Source: an uncultured delta proteobacterium (GTDB lineage Bacteria; Myxococcota_A; Polyangia; Polyangiales; Polyangiaceae). Taken from it: a stretch of 64,000 bases of DNA. The position numbers and the translations under genes are program-made. Location of the stretch: NCBI GenBank assembly GCA_963696385.1, contig CAVOKF010000005.1:1024001-1088000 (forward strand). The letters are read 5' to 3'. Position 1 is the first letter of the stretch. Every line of letters begins with the position of its first letter. The notes beneath the pieces were generated by a model. That model was not told the DNA's origin. It worked only from the letters and a program-made list of their open reading frames with translations, and made no database searches. Of this stretch, positions 1-9,679 are shown in pieces.

Positions 1-272
1 CCGCCGACTCCCGCGCCACGTCGCAGTGCGGCAGCCTCACGTGGGCCACCCTGTCTTGCGCTTCTTGCACCGACCAGAGCTGCTGCCCCGTGGCCAAGCT
101 GTGCGGGCCGGTCGCGGGCTGCGTCCCGTTGAGTGCATGCAGGGCTGCTTGCGATGCAGGCGACACGACGTGCGCGGGCGGATGTGCGACGACCTACGAG
201 GGCGCGATATCGAACTACAACGCAATTCTCAATTGCCAGGTTGACTACTGCGCGCAGAGCTGCCCGCGCTAG
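1..272 (+). CDS. Cys-rich hypothetical protein, C-terminal part (5' end outside window)
   Basis: Frame 3 is open from position 3 (ADSRATSQCGSLTWATLSCASCTDQSCCPVAKLC...CQVDYCAQSCPR*); the Cys spacing is typical of myxobacterial secreted proteins. Confidence 0.7.
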   Translation, partial: ADSRATSQCGSLTWATLSCASCTDQSCCPVAKLCGPVAGCVPLSACRAACDAGDTTCAGGCATTYEGAISNYNAILNCQVDYCAQSCPR

Positions 273-308
273 TCGGCCCGGCCGCAGCCAGACCCTTTTG
301 CGCGGCGC

Positions 309-1637
309 ATGCTCGACCGATTCTTGCCTCACCCATCCCCGTTCGAGCGCTTGCTGGCGCGCGGCTTGCGCCCGTTCGCGAAGGTCGAACCGGCGGAGGC
401 CGTCACCGCGTCGGGCATGCTGGTCATCGTGCTGTTGTTGATGACCGCGTATTACTTGCTCAAGACGGCGCGGGAGCCGCTGATTTTGCTCCAGGGCGGA
501 GCGGAGGTGAAACTCTACGCCGAGGCGGGGCAAGCGCTGCTCCTGATCGGGGTGGTGCGGGCCTACAGCGCAATCGCCCGACGTGTCGGGCGACTCAAGC
601 TTCTGGCCACCGTTTACCTGTTTTTCGCGTCGAACATGGTGGTGTTCGCGGTGCTGGCCCGCACCCGGATCCACATCGGCCTCGCATTCTTTCTCTGGGT
701 CGGGATTTTCAGCTACACGTCCATCGCTCAGTTCTGGGCATTCGCCGCCGACATTTACAGCGAGGACCAAGGCAAGCGTCTATTTCCGATCGTCGGGGTC
801 GGTAGTTCAGTGGGCGCGGTTGTCGGCGCGCGCGCCGCAAAAGCGATCGTGCCTTTCGGCGCATACGCACTCATGTACGGCGCTGCGCTGCTCGTGGTCG
901 TGTGTGTCCTGCTGCTGGCTTGGGTCGACCGGCGAGCCCGCGCCGACGATGCGAAGGCTGGAGGTCACGCCAAAGTGCAGCCCGACGAGCCGGTCGGGGA
1001 CGACACCCCTTTGCGTCTTCTCGCCCGCGACAAGTACCTGATCCTCATCGGGGCGCTTACCTTGATACTCAATTGCGTCAGCGGCTTGGGCGATTACATT
1101 CTGGACCGCACCCTGCTCTCGCACCTGGGTGACGCCCGGGCCCTCGGGATGTCGCCCACGACATTTATCGGATCGTTCAAGGCCAGCTACTTCGGCTGGT
1201 ACAACCTCGTCGGCGTCGTACTGCAGCTGTTCGTCGTGTCGCGCATCCTTTTGCGGTACGGCGTTCGCGGGGCACTTCTCTGCCTACCCGTCGTCGCATC
1301 GATGGGCTTCTGCGCGTTCACGCTGGTGCCGGTGCTGCCCCTCATCCGCGCAGTCATGATCGCCGAGCGAAGTCTCGACTACTCGCTGACCAACACCTCC
1401 CGCAACGCCCTGTTTCTCGTCGCGACGCGCGTCGAGAAATACGTGGGCAAAACGCTCGTCGATACGGTCGGCGCCCGATCGGGGGACGTCGTGTCGGCGT
1501 TCGTCGTCTTGCTGGGGACGCGCATTGGAATGCCGACGGCGGGCTTCTCCGCGATCTGCGTGTGTTTCACCGGAGCTTGGATTGCGGTCGTCGTGGCGAT
1601 TGGGGTCGAGCACCAGCGTCGAATCGCGTCTTCCTGA
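309..1637 (+). CDS. TLC/NTT-family ATP:ADP (nucleotide) antiporter-like MFS transporter
   Basis: About 12 hydrophobic segments; motifs YYLLKTAREPL, FFLWVGIF..IAQFWAFAADIY..QGKRLF, ERSLDYSLTNTSRNALFL, KY.GKT.VDT..AR.GD. Confidence 0.8.
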   Translation: MLDRFLPHPSPFERLLARGLRPFAKVEPAEAVTASGMLVIVLLLMTAYYLLKTAREPLILLQGGAEVKLYAEAGQALLLIGVVRAYSAIARRVGRLKLLATVYLFFASNMVVFAVLARTRIHIGLAFFLWVGIFSYTSIAQFWAFAADIYSEDQGKRLFPIVGVGSSVGAVVGARAAKAIVPFGAYALMYGAALLVVVCVLLLAWVDRRARADDAKAGGHAKVQPDEPVGDDTPLRLLARDKYLILIGALTLILNCVSGLGDYILDRTLLSHLGDARALGMSPTTFIGSFKASYFGWYNLVGVVLQLFVVSRILLRYGVRGALLCLPVVASMGFCAFTLVPVLPLIRAVMIAERSLDYSLTNTSRNALFLVATRVEKYVGKTLVDTVGARSGDVVSAFVVLLGTRIGMPTAGFSAICVCFTGAWIAVVVAIGVEHQRRIASS

Positions 1638-1866
1638 AGTTGCATCGAGTCCGCGCGCGCGGGCGGCAGCGGTTGACGAGACGAGGATCCACCTTCACTT
1701 CGGGCGAACCGTCGGAAAAAAAGGGTCGGAGCGCCAGCGTCGGATGAGAACGTGGACCGTCCGGCGCACACCCTCCGTGGGGTCCGAGACGAGCCGGGCT
1801 TGGGTCCCTGCGACGACCCGTCGCAACCGACGTGAAGGGCGCATCAAATTGCGCCGCACCGGAGAT

Positions 1867-1883
1867 GCTAAAAAGTGCATCAA
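1867..1883 (-). promoter_or_regulatory. KdpE-box-like direct repeat (TTGATG-CACTT-TTTAGC)
   Basis: Half-sites with 11-bp periodicity resembling E. coli TTTATA-N5-TTTACA, in an AT-rich island. Confidence 0.45.
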
Positions 1884-2060
1884 GATATATTCGATCGATA
1901 CGATTTCCGCAGTGACGGGGATCGCGCCGCACCGCGCGTAGCCTCGTAATTGAGGCAGTTTGTAGGGTCATGTTTCGAGACCGAGTCCAGATCAAGACGT
2001 GAAGATTGCATATGTTTTAACTCATCGCGCGGCGCCGCATTTACTCCATTGGGGTGCACT

Positions 2061-2077
2061 TTTATCAAATTTTTAGT
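2061..2077 (+). promoter_or_regulatory. KdpE-box-like direct repeat (TTTATC-AAATT-TTTAGT) upstream of porin 1
   Basis: 11-bp spaced half-sites about 160 bp before ATG 2236; extra TTTACT at 2040. Confidence 0.6.
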
Positions 2078-2235
2078 GCCCGATCGCCTACTGTCCACAC
2101 GGGTGCGAGGCCGCTGCAAGACACGGTTCTGTGGTCGGTGAACTCGCCCAGCGGCGACGGCGCCGCCGCGCGTTCTCGCCGGAGGCCGCGCCCGGCGGTG
2201 CGCCGGTGCGCCGCGCCCTCATCAGGAGTATCAAG

Positions 2236-3777
2236 ATGCTTGGCTCGCTCTCTCGCGCTCGTTGCGCGTGGATCGTCGCATTCGTGGTCTGGGGGGCGGA
2301 GTCGGTCGCGTACGCGCAGTCGACCGTTCCGCGGGAGTCGGCGCCAGCCCCACCGGCGGTGCCGCCGGAGCCAACGACGACTCCATTCTCGGCACCAGCG
2401 CCGCAGTCGCCCCGTCCGTCCGAGCCGACGCTCGCCTCCGCTCCCACGCAGAGCACGGCGCCTCTGCCGGCCGGGCCGGCTGCGGCGGCCTCGGTCGAGA
2501 AGCCGGCGGAGCCGTTCGCGTTCGGCGACTTTGCTTGGCTCAACGGGGCGAACCGGCAGCACAAATCGCTGCTCGACAGCGAATATTTCACGGGCAGTTT
2601 CCTGCTCGATGTCAACTATGCCTACGGGTTCAATCGGCCCATCGACGACACGGTCGTCGGATCGACTGCGATCTCTCGATACAACGAGGTGACGCTCCAA
2701 TTTCTCGGTTTTGGCGGGGACTTCCACTGGGGCAACACCCGCGGCCGATTCATGACGCAGTTTGGCACTCGGTCGACGCAGATCCCCCGGAACGATGGGA
2801 GCATCCTTCGCGGGCAGTTCGATCTGGCGACGGCGCTTCGGTACGTGAGCGAGGCATACGGCGGCCACCACTGGGACGTGTGGCACGGCGTCAACCTCGA
2901 CGTCGGCATTTTCATGTCCTACGTCGGGCTATTTTCGTACGCGAGCTTCGAGAACTGGGCGTACCAGCCGTCCTTTACGTCCGACAACACACCTTGGTTC
3001 TTCAACGGCGCCCGCCTCCAGGCATTCCCGACCGACAAGTTCAAGGCGGAGCTCTGGCTCATTAATGGATGGCAGACGTACGGCAAGTTCAACGAGCTGC
3101 CCGGAGTGGGGTTTCAGGTGCTTTGGCGCCCGGACGAGTCGTGGGAGTTCGTCTCCAACGGCTACGTCGGCTGGGACACCCAAGACGACCCGGGCCGGAT
3201 GCGGTTCCACAGCGACAACAGCATCGAGCTTCGGTACTTCAATTCGCCGGGCTCACTGCTTCATCGAGCCGCCTTCTCGGTGACGGGCGACATCGGTGGC
3301 GAGCAAGGCGATGGCGTCACCCCCTTCGGCGGCGGCGGCAAAGAGGGGGGCTGCACGGAATCGACGCCGTGCACGCAGAACTTCGTGAGCGGAATGGTGT
3401 ACCACCGCATGTGGTTCTGGGAGGATCACATCGGGTGGACGTTCGGCGGGGGCACCATGCACAACCCCGGGCGGTACCTCGTCCTTGCGCCCACCGGCGC
3501 GGCGACGCCGGGCACGCCGGTCACGGGGTTCGACATGAGCACGGGAACGAAATTCGACGCGTGGGACGCTTCGACGACCATCCAGTGGATGCCCAATGAA
3601 CTGGAGACGTGGGAGATCGAATATGTCCACCGTGAAGCGAGCGTTCCGTACTTCGCTGGACACGGCGGAGTGACCTCGCCGGATGGATACACGACGACGA
3701 CCGTGCCACGCGGATGGCAGCCGGACCTGGTGCGATCCGAGTCCAAGATCATTGCCGCTCTTCTCATCCGATTTTGA
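2236..3777 (+). CDS. Outer-membrane beta-barrel protein (BBP2/OmpL-like porin), paralog 1
   Basis: RBS AGGAG at 2224 then ATG 2236; signal peptide ending AYA-Q; Pro-rich linker; motifs GIFMSYVGLFSY, YQPSFTSDNTPWFFNG, WLINGWQ; C-terminal IRF beta-signal. Confidence 0.85.
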   Translation: MLGSLSRARCAWIVAFVVWGAESVAYAQSTVPRESAPAPPAVPPEPTTTPFSAPAPQSPRPSEPTLASAPTQSTAPLPAGPAAAASVEKPAEPFAFGDFAWLNGANRQHKSLLDSEYFTGSFLLDVNYAYGFNRPIDDTVVGSTAISRYNEVTLQFLGFGGDFHWGNTRGRFMTQFGTRSTQIPRNDGSILRGQFDLATALRYVSEAYGGHHWDVWHGVNLDVGIFMSYVGLFSYASFENWAYQPSFTSDNTPWFFNGARLQAFPTDKFKAELWLINGWQTYGKFNELPGVGFQVLWRPDESWEFVSNGYVGWDTQDDPGRMRFHSDNSIELRYFNSPGSLLHRAAFSVTGDIGGEQGDGVTPFGGGGKEGGCTESTPCTQNFVSGMVYHRMWFWEDHIGWTFGGGTMHNPGRYLVLAPTGAATPGTPVTGFDMSTGTKFDAWDASTTIQWMPNELETWEIEYVHREASVPYFAGHGGVTSPDGYTTTTVPRGWQPDLVRSESKIIAALLIRF

Positions 3778-3908
3778 GGCCTCCGCAGGCGAATCTGGGT
3801 GAGCCGAGTCGGGCTCGGAGAGGTCCGTGCGCGTAATAGAGGAGCAATTTCTGCGTCGTAGGCTCTGGCGGCGCACCGTAGGCGTCGGGTAATCGAATGG
3901 AGAGCGTC

Positions 3909-4538
3909 ATGAAAGCGGCAATGGACTCTTCGACTTGGATCCGCCTCGGCGGCGTTTTGCTGGCCGTGGCGATTGCGTGCTTGGTCGTTTCGGCCGGCTG
4001 CTCTGCGACGGCCGATGGGGACCGATGCGATCCGCTCCTCAGTCACGACGAGTGTGCGAACTCGCCGACCGAGCAATGCACCTGGATCACATCCACGAAC
4101 CCGGACGGCACGCCGACCCCCGCGAACGCATGTGCCGCCGGCTTGGCATTTTGCTGCGCGCAAGACGCGAACGGCACCATCACGAGCACCTCGGCGAACT
4201 GCCAATTTCTGGCGCAGTGCCAGAAGGCGACGTACTGCCAGACCGACCCGGAGCCGGACGCGGGAGACGACGGGGGCCTCACGGCATTCGTGACCGGGCA
4301 GTTCTGCCGGCTCGGGACCCCCACAACGCCGGAACCCGACGCGGGGTCGTCTTCACCCGATGCATCAGACGGATTTTCCACAGCGGACGCGGCGGACGGG
4401 TCTTCCGCTCTTGATACGGGGTCCTCGGCACCGGACGCGGCAGACGGGTCGGACGCGGCAGACGGGTCGGATGCGGCAGACGGGTCGGACGCGGCAGACG
4501 GGTCTACGCCGGACGCAGCAGACGGTACCGGGGATTGA
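3909..4538 (+). CDS. Cys-rich lipoprotein with acidic DAADGS-repeat tail (partner of porin 1)
   Basis: Lipobox VSAG-C; GDRCDPLLSHDEC...FCC.D.NG.IT...CQ matches the protein at 13249; start could also be 3897 or 3921. Confidence 0.75.
   Translation: MKAAMDSSTWIRLGGVLLAVAIACLVVSAGCSATADGDRCDPLLSHDECANSPTEQCTWITSTNPDGTPTPANACAAGLAFCCAQDANGTITSTSANCQFLAQCQKATYCQTDPEPDAGDDGGLTAFVTGQFCRLGTPTTPEPDAGSSSPDASDGFSTADAADGSSALDTGSSAPDAADGSDAADGSDAADGSDAADGSTPDAADGTGD
4434..4529 (+). repeat. 18-bp coding tandem repeat GACGCGGCAGACGGGTCG (DAADGS), 4 tandem copies plus 1 degenerate copy
   Basis: Read directly from the sequence. Confidence 0.9.
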
Positions 4539-4659
4539 GTGTCCGCGCGGGGGGACCACGACGGCGCAGCAGACACCCGATCCGGGGAGGCGATGAAACG
4601 CCGAGCGCGACCGCGGACCCTGCTGCGCTTTTTCGTGTGGGTGGACACAGATGGGGAAG

Positions 4660-5088
4660 TCATTGGGCGGTCGCATCGGACGGCACGGTCGCATCGGACG
4701 GCACGGTCGCATCGGACGGCACGGTCGCATCGGACGGCACGGTCGCATCGGACGGCACGGTCGCGTCCGGACTGCCGCCGCTGTCCTCCGGGTTGAACGC
4801 AAGGGCCTGGCATGTCGGGACATCGGCCCCGCAGGGTCCGCTGGAGCATGCGTAACCGGGGCCAAGGGACATGGCGCACTCGGTATCGGTGCTGCAAAGC
4901 GTCAGACATTCCTTGCCGAGCCCGGTGCACCCGCCGTCGGTCGAAGGCAACGACTCGGACAGACACCGGAGCCCCGACCCGCAGTCGCCGTCTTCTGTGC
5001 ACGACACGCCTTGGAGCCCGGAGCTACCCGGGCCGCATGCGACGAGAACAACGAGAACGGCGACTGCCAGCGAGGCCGTTCGGTGCAT
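4660..5088 (-). CDS. Cys-rich lipoprotein with DATVPS-repeat tail
   Basis: MHRTASLAVAVLVVLVA-C lipobox; SCTEDGDCGSGLRC and CSTDTEC motifs; upstream starts at 5145 or 5163 possible. Confidence 0.75.
   Translation of the reverse strand: MHRTASLAVAVLVVLVACGPGSSGLQGVSCTEDGDCGSGLRCLSESLPSTDGGCTGLGKECLTLCSTDTECAMSLGPGYACSSGPCGADVPTCQALAFNPEDSGGSPDATVPSDATVPSDATVPSDATVPSDATVPSDATAQ
4668..4771 (-). repeat. 18-bp coding tandem repeat (CGGTCGCATCGGACGGCA on +), 5 perfect copies plus a partial one; encodes DATVPS
   Basis: Read directly from the sequence. Confidence 0.9.
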
Positions 5089-5167
5089 CGCCGCTACCGC
5101 TACTGCGAATGCCGTGAAAGGTCGACTTCGAGGTGAGACGCCCATACGCCAGGCGGTGGTCACCCAG

Positions 5168-5665
5168 TCACCGCCGCCGCGCCGCGAAACGTTGCGCGCG
5201 TTCGACCAGGCGTTGCGCTTTCTCGCGGTCGTCGATCAGGACCGTCACGACGTACCCATCGCCGGTTGAAGTCGCTTTGATATCAACCCATGACCCGGGC
5301 AATACGTAGGGGTCGTCGGGTATCGCTCGGGCGCTGCCGAGGGTGACCAGGGACTCGTGGCATTCGGCGCTGCGCTCGAGCGCATCCGCCGATAGGATGG
5401 CCTTCGGTCGAAAGCGCAAGCGGGCTCCCCGGAGCCGCATGGACCGGTCCATGCCGGACGGGACGTAGAAGTAGGCCGGCTCGACGCCTTCGAGATCCGA
5501 TGTCGAAAGGGCCAGAGCGTCGACGGCCTCGTCGGGGTGGTCGCAGCGCGAAGCGATCTCGCGGGCGCGGTCGACGGGCGTACGCATGTCCGGCCAAATA
5601 GGATTGTACGCGCAGCCCACCCAGGCGATCGAGACACCCGCGATCCAAGGCATCGTTCCGTTCAT
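5168..5665 (-). CDS. Uncharacterised lipoprotein, CH/DPY family paralog A
   Basis: Lipobox WVG-C; RLRGARLRFRP, ERSAECH, IPDDPYVLPGSWVDI, GDGYVV, ERAQRF. Confidence 0.8.
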   Translation of the reverse strand: MNGTMPWIAGVSIAWVGCAYNPIWPDMRTPVDRAREIASRCDHPDEAVDALALSTSDLEGVEPAYFYVPSGMDRSMRLRGARLRFRPKAILSADALERSAECHESLVTLGSARAIPDDPYVLPGSWVDIKATSTGDGYVVTVLIDDREKAQRLVERAQRFAARRR

Positions 5666-5767
5666 GATGCGTCGAGATCCATCGGAGGCGTGCTAGCCGA
5701 TGGTCGCTACGGCGCGCCGACAGGCCGTTTCTCGCGATTACGAAATCTGTCTGAAACAAATACCCGA

Positions 5768-6352
5768 TTATTCGGCCAGCGCGCGCGCTCGCTCGATGAT
5801 CTGCCGGGCGGCTGTAACGTCTCGGGCCGTAATCGCGATGCGGAATCCGTCGCCTGTCGCGGACAGAGCGACGCGCGCGTCGTCAACGAACAAGGGGCTC
5901 GTTCGGTCCGCGACACGGTCGCCGACCACCGCATGGTGGGCCAAATGGCACTCAAGAACGCGGCCCAGTGACTGCTCAGTCATTCCGGGGGCTGCCCGCA
6001 GGTACACGGCGACGCCGGCGGGTTGAAGAATCGGGTCCTTCGGATAAGGGCGTACGCTGAGCGGCTCGATGGCGGCGATTCGGTCGCGACGGGCGAGCGG
6101 CCCCTGGTCGCGGTCGGACTCCGGCACCTCGGCGCATGTGGCTTGTTCGACTTCGCGCAGCCGCTCGGCCGCGGCCCAGTGGCTGTAGGTGGTCGCGCCG
6201 AATGCACCCGGCGGCGACAACCCGTTCGCCGCTAGCTCGTGGTTTTCGGCGGTCGTGCGGCGAATCGAGTCGGATTGCGTGGCGCAAGCGCCTGTCGTGA
6301 GACCCGCGAACAGCGCAGCAAGGACCAACACGAACGAATTCGCTCTCATCAT
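5768..6352 (-). CDS. Uncharacterised lipoprotein, CH/DPY family paralog B (most divergent)
   Basis: RBS GGAG; lipobox TGA-C; GVAVYLRAAPG, GRVLECH, GDGFRI, IIERARAL. Confidence 0.8.
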   Translation of the reverse strand: MMRANSFVLVLAALFAGLTTGACATQSDSIRRTTAENHELAANGLSPPGAFGATTYSHWAAAERLREVEQATCAEVPESDRDQGPLARRDRIAAIEPLSVRPYPKDPILQPAGVAVYLRAAPGMTEQSLGRVLECHLAHHAVVGDRVADRTSPLFVDDARVALSATGDGFRIAITARDVTAARQIIERARALAE

Positions 6353-6458
6353 GAACAACTTCCATCTCCGCGCGCGACAAGGGTTGCAGGGGTGCTCGCC
6401 GTACCCGACACACTAGCCACGAAATACATATTCGATGCGCAAATAGACTGCCTTGATT

Positions 6459-6475
6459 CGTAATGAAACTATAAA
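6459..6475 (-). promoter_or_regulatory. KdpE-box-like direct repeat (TTTATA-GTTTC-ATTACG) upstream of paralogs B and A
   Basis: 11-bp spacing, co-oriented with the gene starting at 6352. Confidence 0.55.
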
Positions 6476-6698
6476 CGCTCGCGAGCGCGCACCTTTGTTT
6501 CGACGCCGCGCGGGTCGCGGTTTCGTGGGCGGACTGGATCCAGACCGGCAGCGGCGTGGATTCGCGAAGTTTCGTTGTCGATTGCGGCGTTCAGCAGATG
6601 AGCGAGAGCTCCGTGAGGGCGCATTCGGGCCTGCGGACCTGCTTGAGAGCGGCTCGGATCACGCGCCATCAACGTGACCCGAGATGCGCCGATGTGCG

Positions 6699-6715
6699 AA
6701 TAAAAATGGGATAAA
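6699..6715 (-). promoter_or_regulatory. KdpE-box-like direct repeat (TTTATC-CCATT-TTTATT)
   Basis: 11-bp spaced half-sites in the divergent intergenic region. Confidence 0.6.
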
Positions 6716-6780
6716 TAGTTGGGGTCTTGTCATCCGGCGCCCGTAATATGGATCGCTTGAGCCCCCCGTCCGTTTCTCAA

Positions 6781-6797
6781 TTTACGGCCTTTTGATT
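6781..6797 (+). promoter_or_regulatory. KdpE-box-like direct repeat (TTTACG-GCCTT-TTGATT) upstream of regulator 1
   Basis: 11-bp spacing, about 67 bp before ATG 6864. Confidence 0.55.
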
Positions 6798-6863
6798 GCC
6801 CGCCGCACTACAAAGAAAAGCGCCGATGATTCGCCGATGCCCCCCCCAGGCTGGTGTTCCGCG

Positions 6864-7571
6864 ATGAATGGGCAGTTCGCCGCGGAGCCTTTGGTCCTTG
6901 TGGTCGAGGACGACCTTCCGCCCGGGCGATCGATCGTGTCCAACCTGATCGGCTTCGGCTTTCGCGTCGAGCAAGCGCCAGCGCGTGTCAGCGCGCTCAC
7001 TCGAGCGGTCGGCCATGAGCCCGACATCGTCGTGCTCGACGCTGTCCACCTGGGCGCGGACGCCGTGAGGTTGATGGCGAGGATTCGCGCTTGGACCGCC
7101 ACGCCTATCGTGGCCATTGTCGACGCATCGCGACCGAGCCAGCGAGGGGCCCTTCTCGACGCGGGAGCGAACGATTACATCGTTCGCCCCTTCGCGTGGA
7201 CGGATCTCGCGGGACGCTTGCGCGTTTGGCTTCGCCAGAAGGGTCGAATGCACGCGCAGCGCTTTGCATTGCACTTGGCCACCGAGCGGCTGCGGATCGA
7301 TCGGGATCGCCGCACCATCGTCGTCGAGGGCCGCGAGGTACACATCACACCGCTTGAATGCAAGCTGCTGCTTATTCTGGCGCACAATCCGGGACGGGCG
7401 ATGACCGAAGACCAGATTCTGGCTGCCGTCTGGGGTCCGAAGGCGTCGCCCCGCGCGCAGTACCTGCGGGCCTATGTACGGCATCTCCGGCTCAAGTTGG
7501 AGAAGGACCCGACCCGGCCGAAGTACCTGGTGAGCGACGCGGGCGGAGGTTATCGATTGAACCTCGGCTAA
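6864..7571 (+). CDS. OmpR-family response regulator, KdpE-like, atypical receiver (regulator 1)
   Basis: Receiver LVVEDD..IVVLD..DAGANDYIVRPF; winged helix ITPLECKLL..VWGP..QYLRAYVRHLRLKLEKDPTRPKYL..GYRL as in KdpE; start 6837 also possible. Confidence 0.85.
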   Translation: MNGQFAAEPLVLVVEDDLPPGRSIVSNLIGFGFRVEQAPARVSALTRAVGHEPDIVVLDAVHLGADAVRLMARIRAWTATPIVAIVDASRPSQRGALLDAGANDYIVRPFAWTDLAGRLRVWLRQKGRMHAQRFALHLATERLRIDRDRRTIVVEGREVHITPLECKLLLILAHNPGRAMTEDQILAAVWGPKASPRAQYLRAYVRHLRLKLEKDPTRPKYLVSDAGGGYRLNLG

Positions 7572-7904
7572 CGCCTGGGCTCTGCGCGCGGCGGACCGTC
7601 CGCGTGTCTGCGGTCGCGTCAAAGAGCGCTCTGTCCGGCGCTGAGCGCGGCATACGGTCTCGGTCATGGCCAATGCAATAATCGCATTAGCACAGCCTGC
7701 GGCCTGTCAACGAGCCGTACATTTCGATACGCGCCTCATCGGCGAATCGATTGGAGTACGAAAACACATAGCCCTCAAACGGACATCTGCGCGAAATGTT
7801 CGTGTGGGATCGGCTGTCCCAGCGGGCCGGCCGAAAGGGCAGCGACGACCCCTTGCCGGCTGCGATTGGGGAGCCCCGCCCGGTCGCGCGCCACACCCGG
7901 CGCC

Positions 7905-7921
7905 AGTAAATAACACGTAAA
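7905..7921 (-). promoter_or_regulatory. KdpE-box-like direct repeat (TTTACG-TGTTA-TTTACT)
   Basis: 11-bp spacing; about 125 bp upstream of the + strand lipoprotein genes but in reverse orientation. Confidence 0.55.
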
Positions 7922-8045
7922 ATGTACGACCAGACCCCCCCGTGCGCCTCGAAATGGCGCACCCGCCCGGAGTAACCTCACCGTTCCGAGGATGGCTTCG
8001 ACCGCGCGCCGGCTCGGAACGGCAAACAAGTCGCGCCTACGCGAA

Positions 8046-8780
8046 ATGTCGCACACCCACGGCCGCAGCGTGACTTTCGGGACCCACTGGCGTGGCGAGG
8101 CCTTGCTGCTCGTGAGCGCGTTCTCGATCGTTGGATGCGAGCCCGATGTGCAGGTCACGAGCAAAATGGCGGCGGACTTCCAACCCGCGCAGCACGCGGT
8201 GTCGGTTTTTGGCGTTTACAAGGATGGGCAGCTGAGCTCCGATTCGTGGGGGGCCGTGAAGGCGCAGCTTTCGCCCGTCTTCGGGGGAGCGATGTGCGAG
8301 GCGGCGTACACCGAATCCTTCATCACCGCGAACCCCGCGCTGTCGGCGGCCATCGCCGACGTGAGTCGCGACAACGGGTTCTCGGACGCCTTGCTGGCGA
8401 AAATCGCGGTCGGAGCCCGCGGCGACCTCGTGCTCGTGCTGACCGTCGCCGGCCAGCTGCCCACGCACCCGAAGGTTTCGCTTCCCAAAGAGGCGGAGTC
8501 GGGCCATCAAGCATCCCCCATGGGACCTCGCTCGACGATGGGGCGTCCCAAGCTGGAGGACCCAAACGCCATCGACTTGGCAGCGACGCTCTTTTCCGTC
8601 CCGGAGCACCGATCGGTTGCGGTCGTGGGCATCCGATACACCGGCCGGAACATCGACGAGGGCGTTGCTCAATTCGTTGCACGTCTCGCCCAAGCGCTTC
8701 CCGGCGCGAGATGCGCGGACTGGAACTGGGCCAACAAGCCGGACGCGGAGAGCGTCCGGCAGACCGCCAACCAAGACTGA
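8046..8780 (+). CDS. Uncharacterised lipoprotein
   Basis: Hydrophobic signal ending SIVG-C; normal globular composition; start 7992 possible. Confidence 0.7.
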   Translation: MSHTHGRSVTFGTHWRGEALLLVSAFSIVGCEPDVQVTSKMAADFQPAQHAVSVFGVYKDGQLSSDSWGAVKAQLSPVFGGAMCEAAYTESFITANPALSAAIADVSRDNGFSDALLAKIAVGARGDLVLVLTVAGQLPTHPKVSLPKEAESGHQASPMGPRSTMGRPKLEDPNAIDLAATLFSVPEHRSVAVVGIRYTGRNIDEGVAQFVARLAQALPGARCADWNWANKPDAESVRQTANQD

Positions 8781-8939
8781 CACGTCGATCGGGGGCGGTG
8801 AACGGGCGCGGCCGAGGGGCCCTGCCTGGTCGTGGATCATCGGGTGGAGATCGCGAGACTGCTGGGTCCCGCACCGCGGGCTAGCCTGCCCAGCCTCTCG
8901 GTTGCGTAACCTTCCGAGCGCCCGGACGTAACCTCCACC

Positions 8940-9470
8940 GTGGGCGTCAACGCAAACAAGGCCAAAGGCAGAGGGGCTTCGCTCGGGGCAATGGTCACCG
9001 CGCTGGGGCTCCTGGCCGGCGCTTGCGCCACGCCGGTGTCCTTGCCCGCGCGCGCGGCGAGCATGGCAGCCAACGAGTGCCGGGATGCGCTGCCCGCGGA
9101 AGAAGAGGCGCGAGCGATCGAGTCGATCCAGGTTCTCGAGGCCCGTCCGAAGTTCCATCAGAACGCGTGCAACGGTGTATGTACGGTCTGGGGCGTCTAC
9201 CTCGTCGTGCGGCCGCCGGGAGGCGTCGATCCCGAGCGCTTCGCCAGGATACTGCGATGCCACAACCTCCGCGTGCTCGACGGCGAGGTGGACGCGTCGC
9301 GGATACCGAACGACCCGTATGGCCTGCGCGACTCGTGGCTCGAGATCGAGGTGAAGCCCGACGCAGGCAATTACATCGTGACGCTGGTCGGCGACCATGT
9401 CTCGGACACGCTGCGCATCTTGCAGAGGGCGAAAGCCTACTCGGCAGCGCACCGGGCGGGAACGCTCTAG
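8940..9470 (+). CDS. Uncharacterised lipoprotein, CH/DPY family paralog C
   Basis: Lipobox AGA-C; GVYLVVRPPGG, ARILRCH, IPNDPYGLRDSWLEI, AGNYIV, LQRAKAY. Confidence 0.8.
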   Translation: MGVNANKAKGRGASLGAMVTALGLLAGACATPVSLPARAASMAANECRDALPAEEEARAIESIQVLEARPKFHQNACNGVCTVWGVYLVVRPPGGVDPERFARILRCHNLRVLDGEVDASRIPNDPYGLRDSWLEIEVKPDAGNYIVTLVGDHVSDTLRILQRAKAYSAAHRAGTL

Positions 9471-9679
9471 CCGCCGCTTCGTAGACGCATCGGCTCGTGC
9501 GCACGAGCGCGGTCATCGCACGGACGGACGGCCTGCCGTCGTCGTGGCGTGGAGCATTCGCCCGCCTGATTCGGGTCGGGGCGGAGGATTGGCGTGCGCA
9601 GTACGGAGGGTGCGTCAGGATCCTGGGGTGACTTCGTCTACGGGCGGGGTAGGCTCCTGGGCTCCTCCGAGGTGACCCC

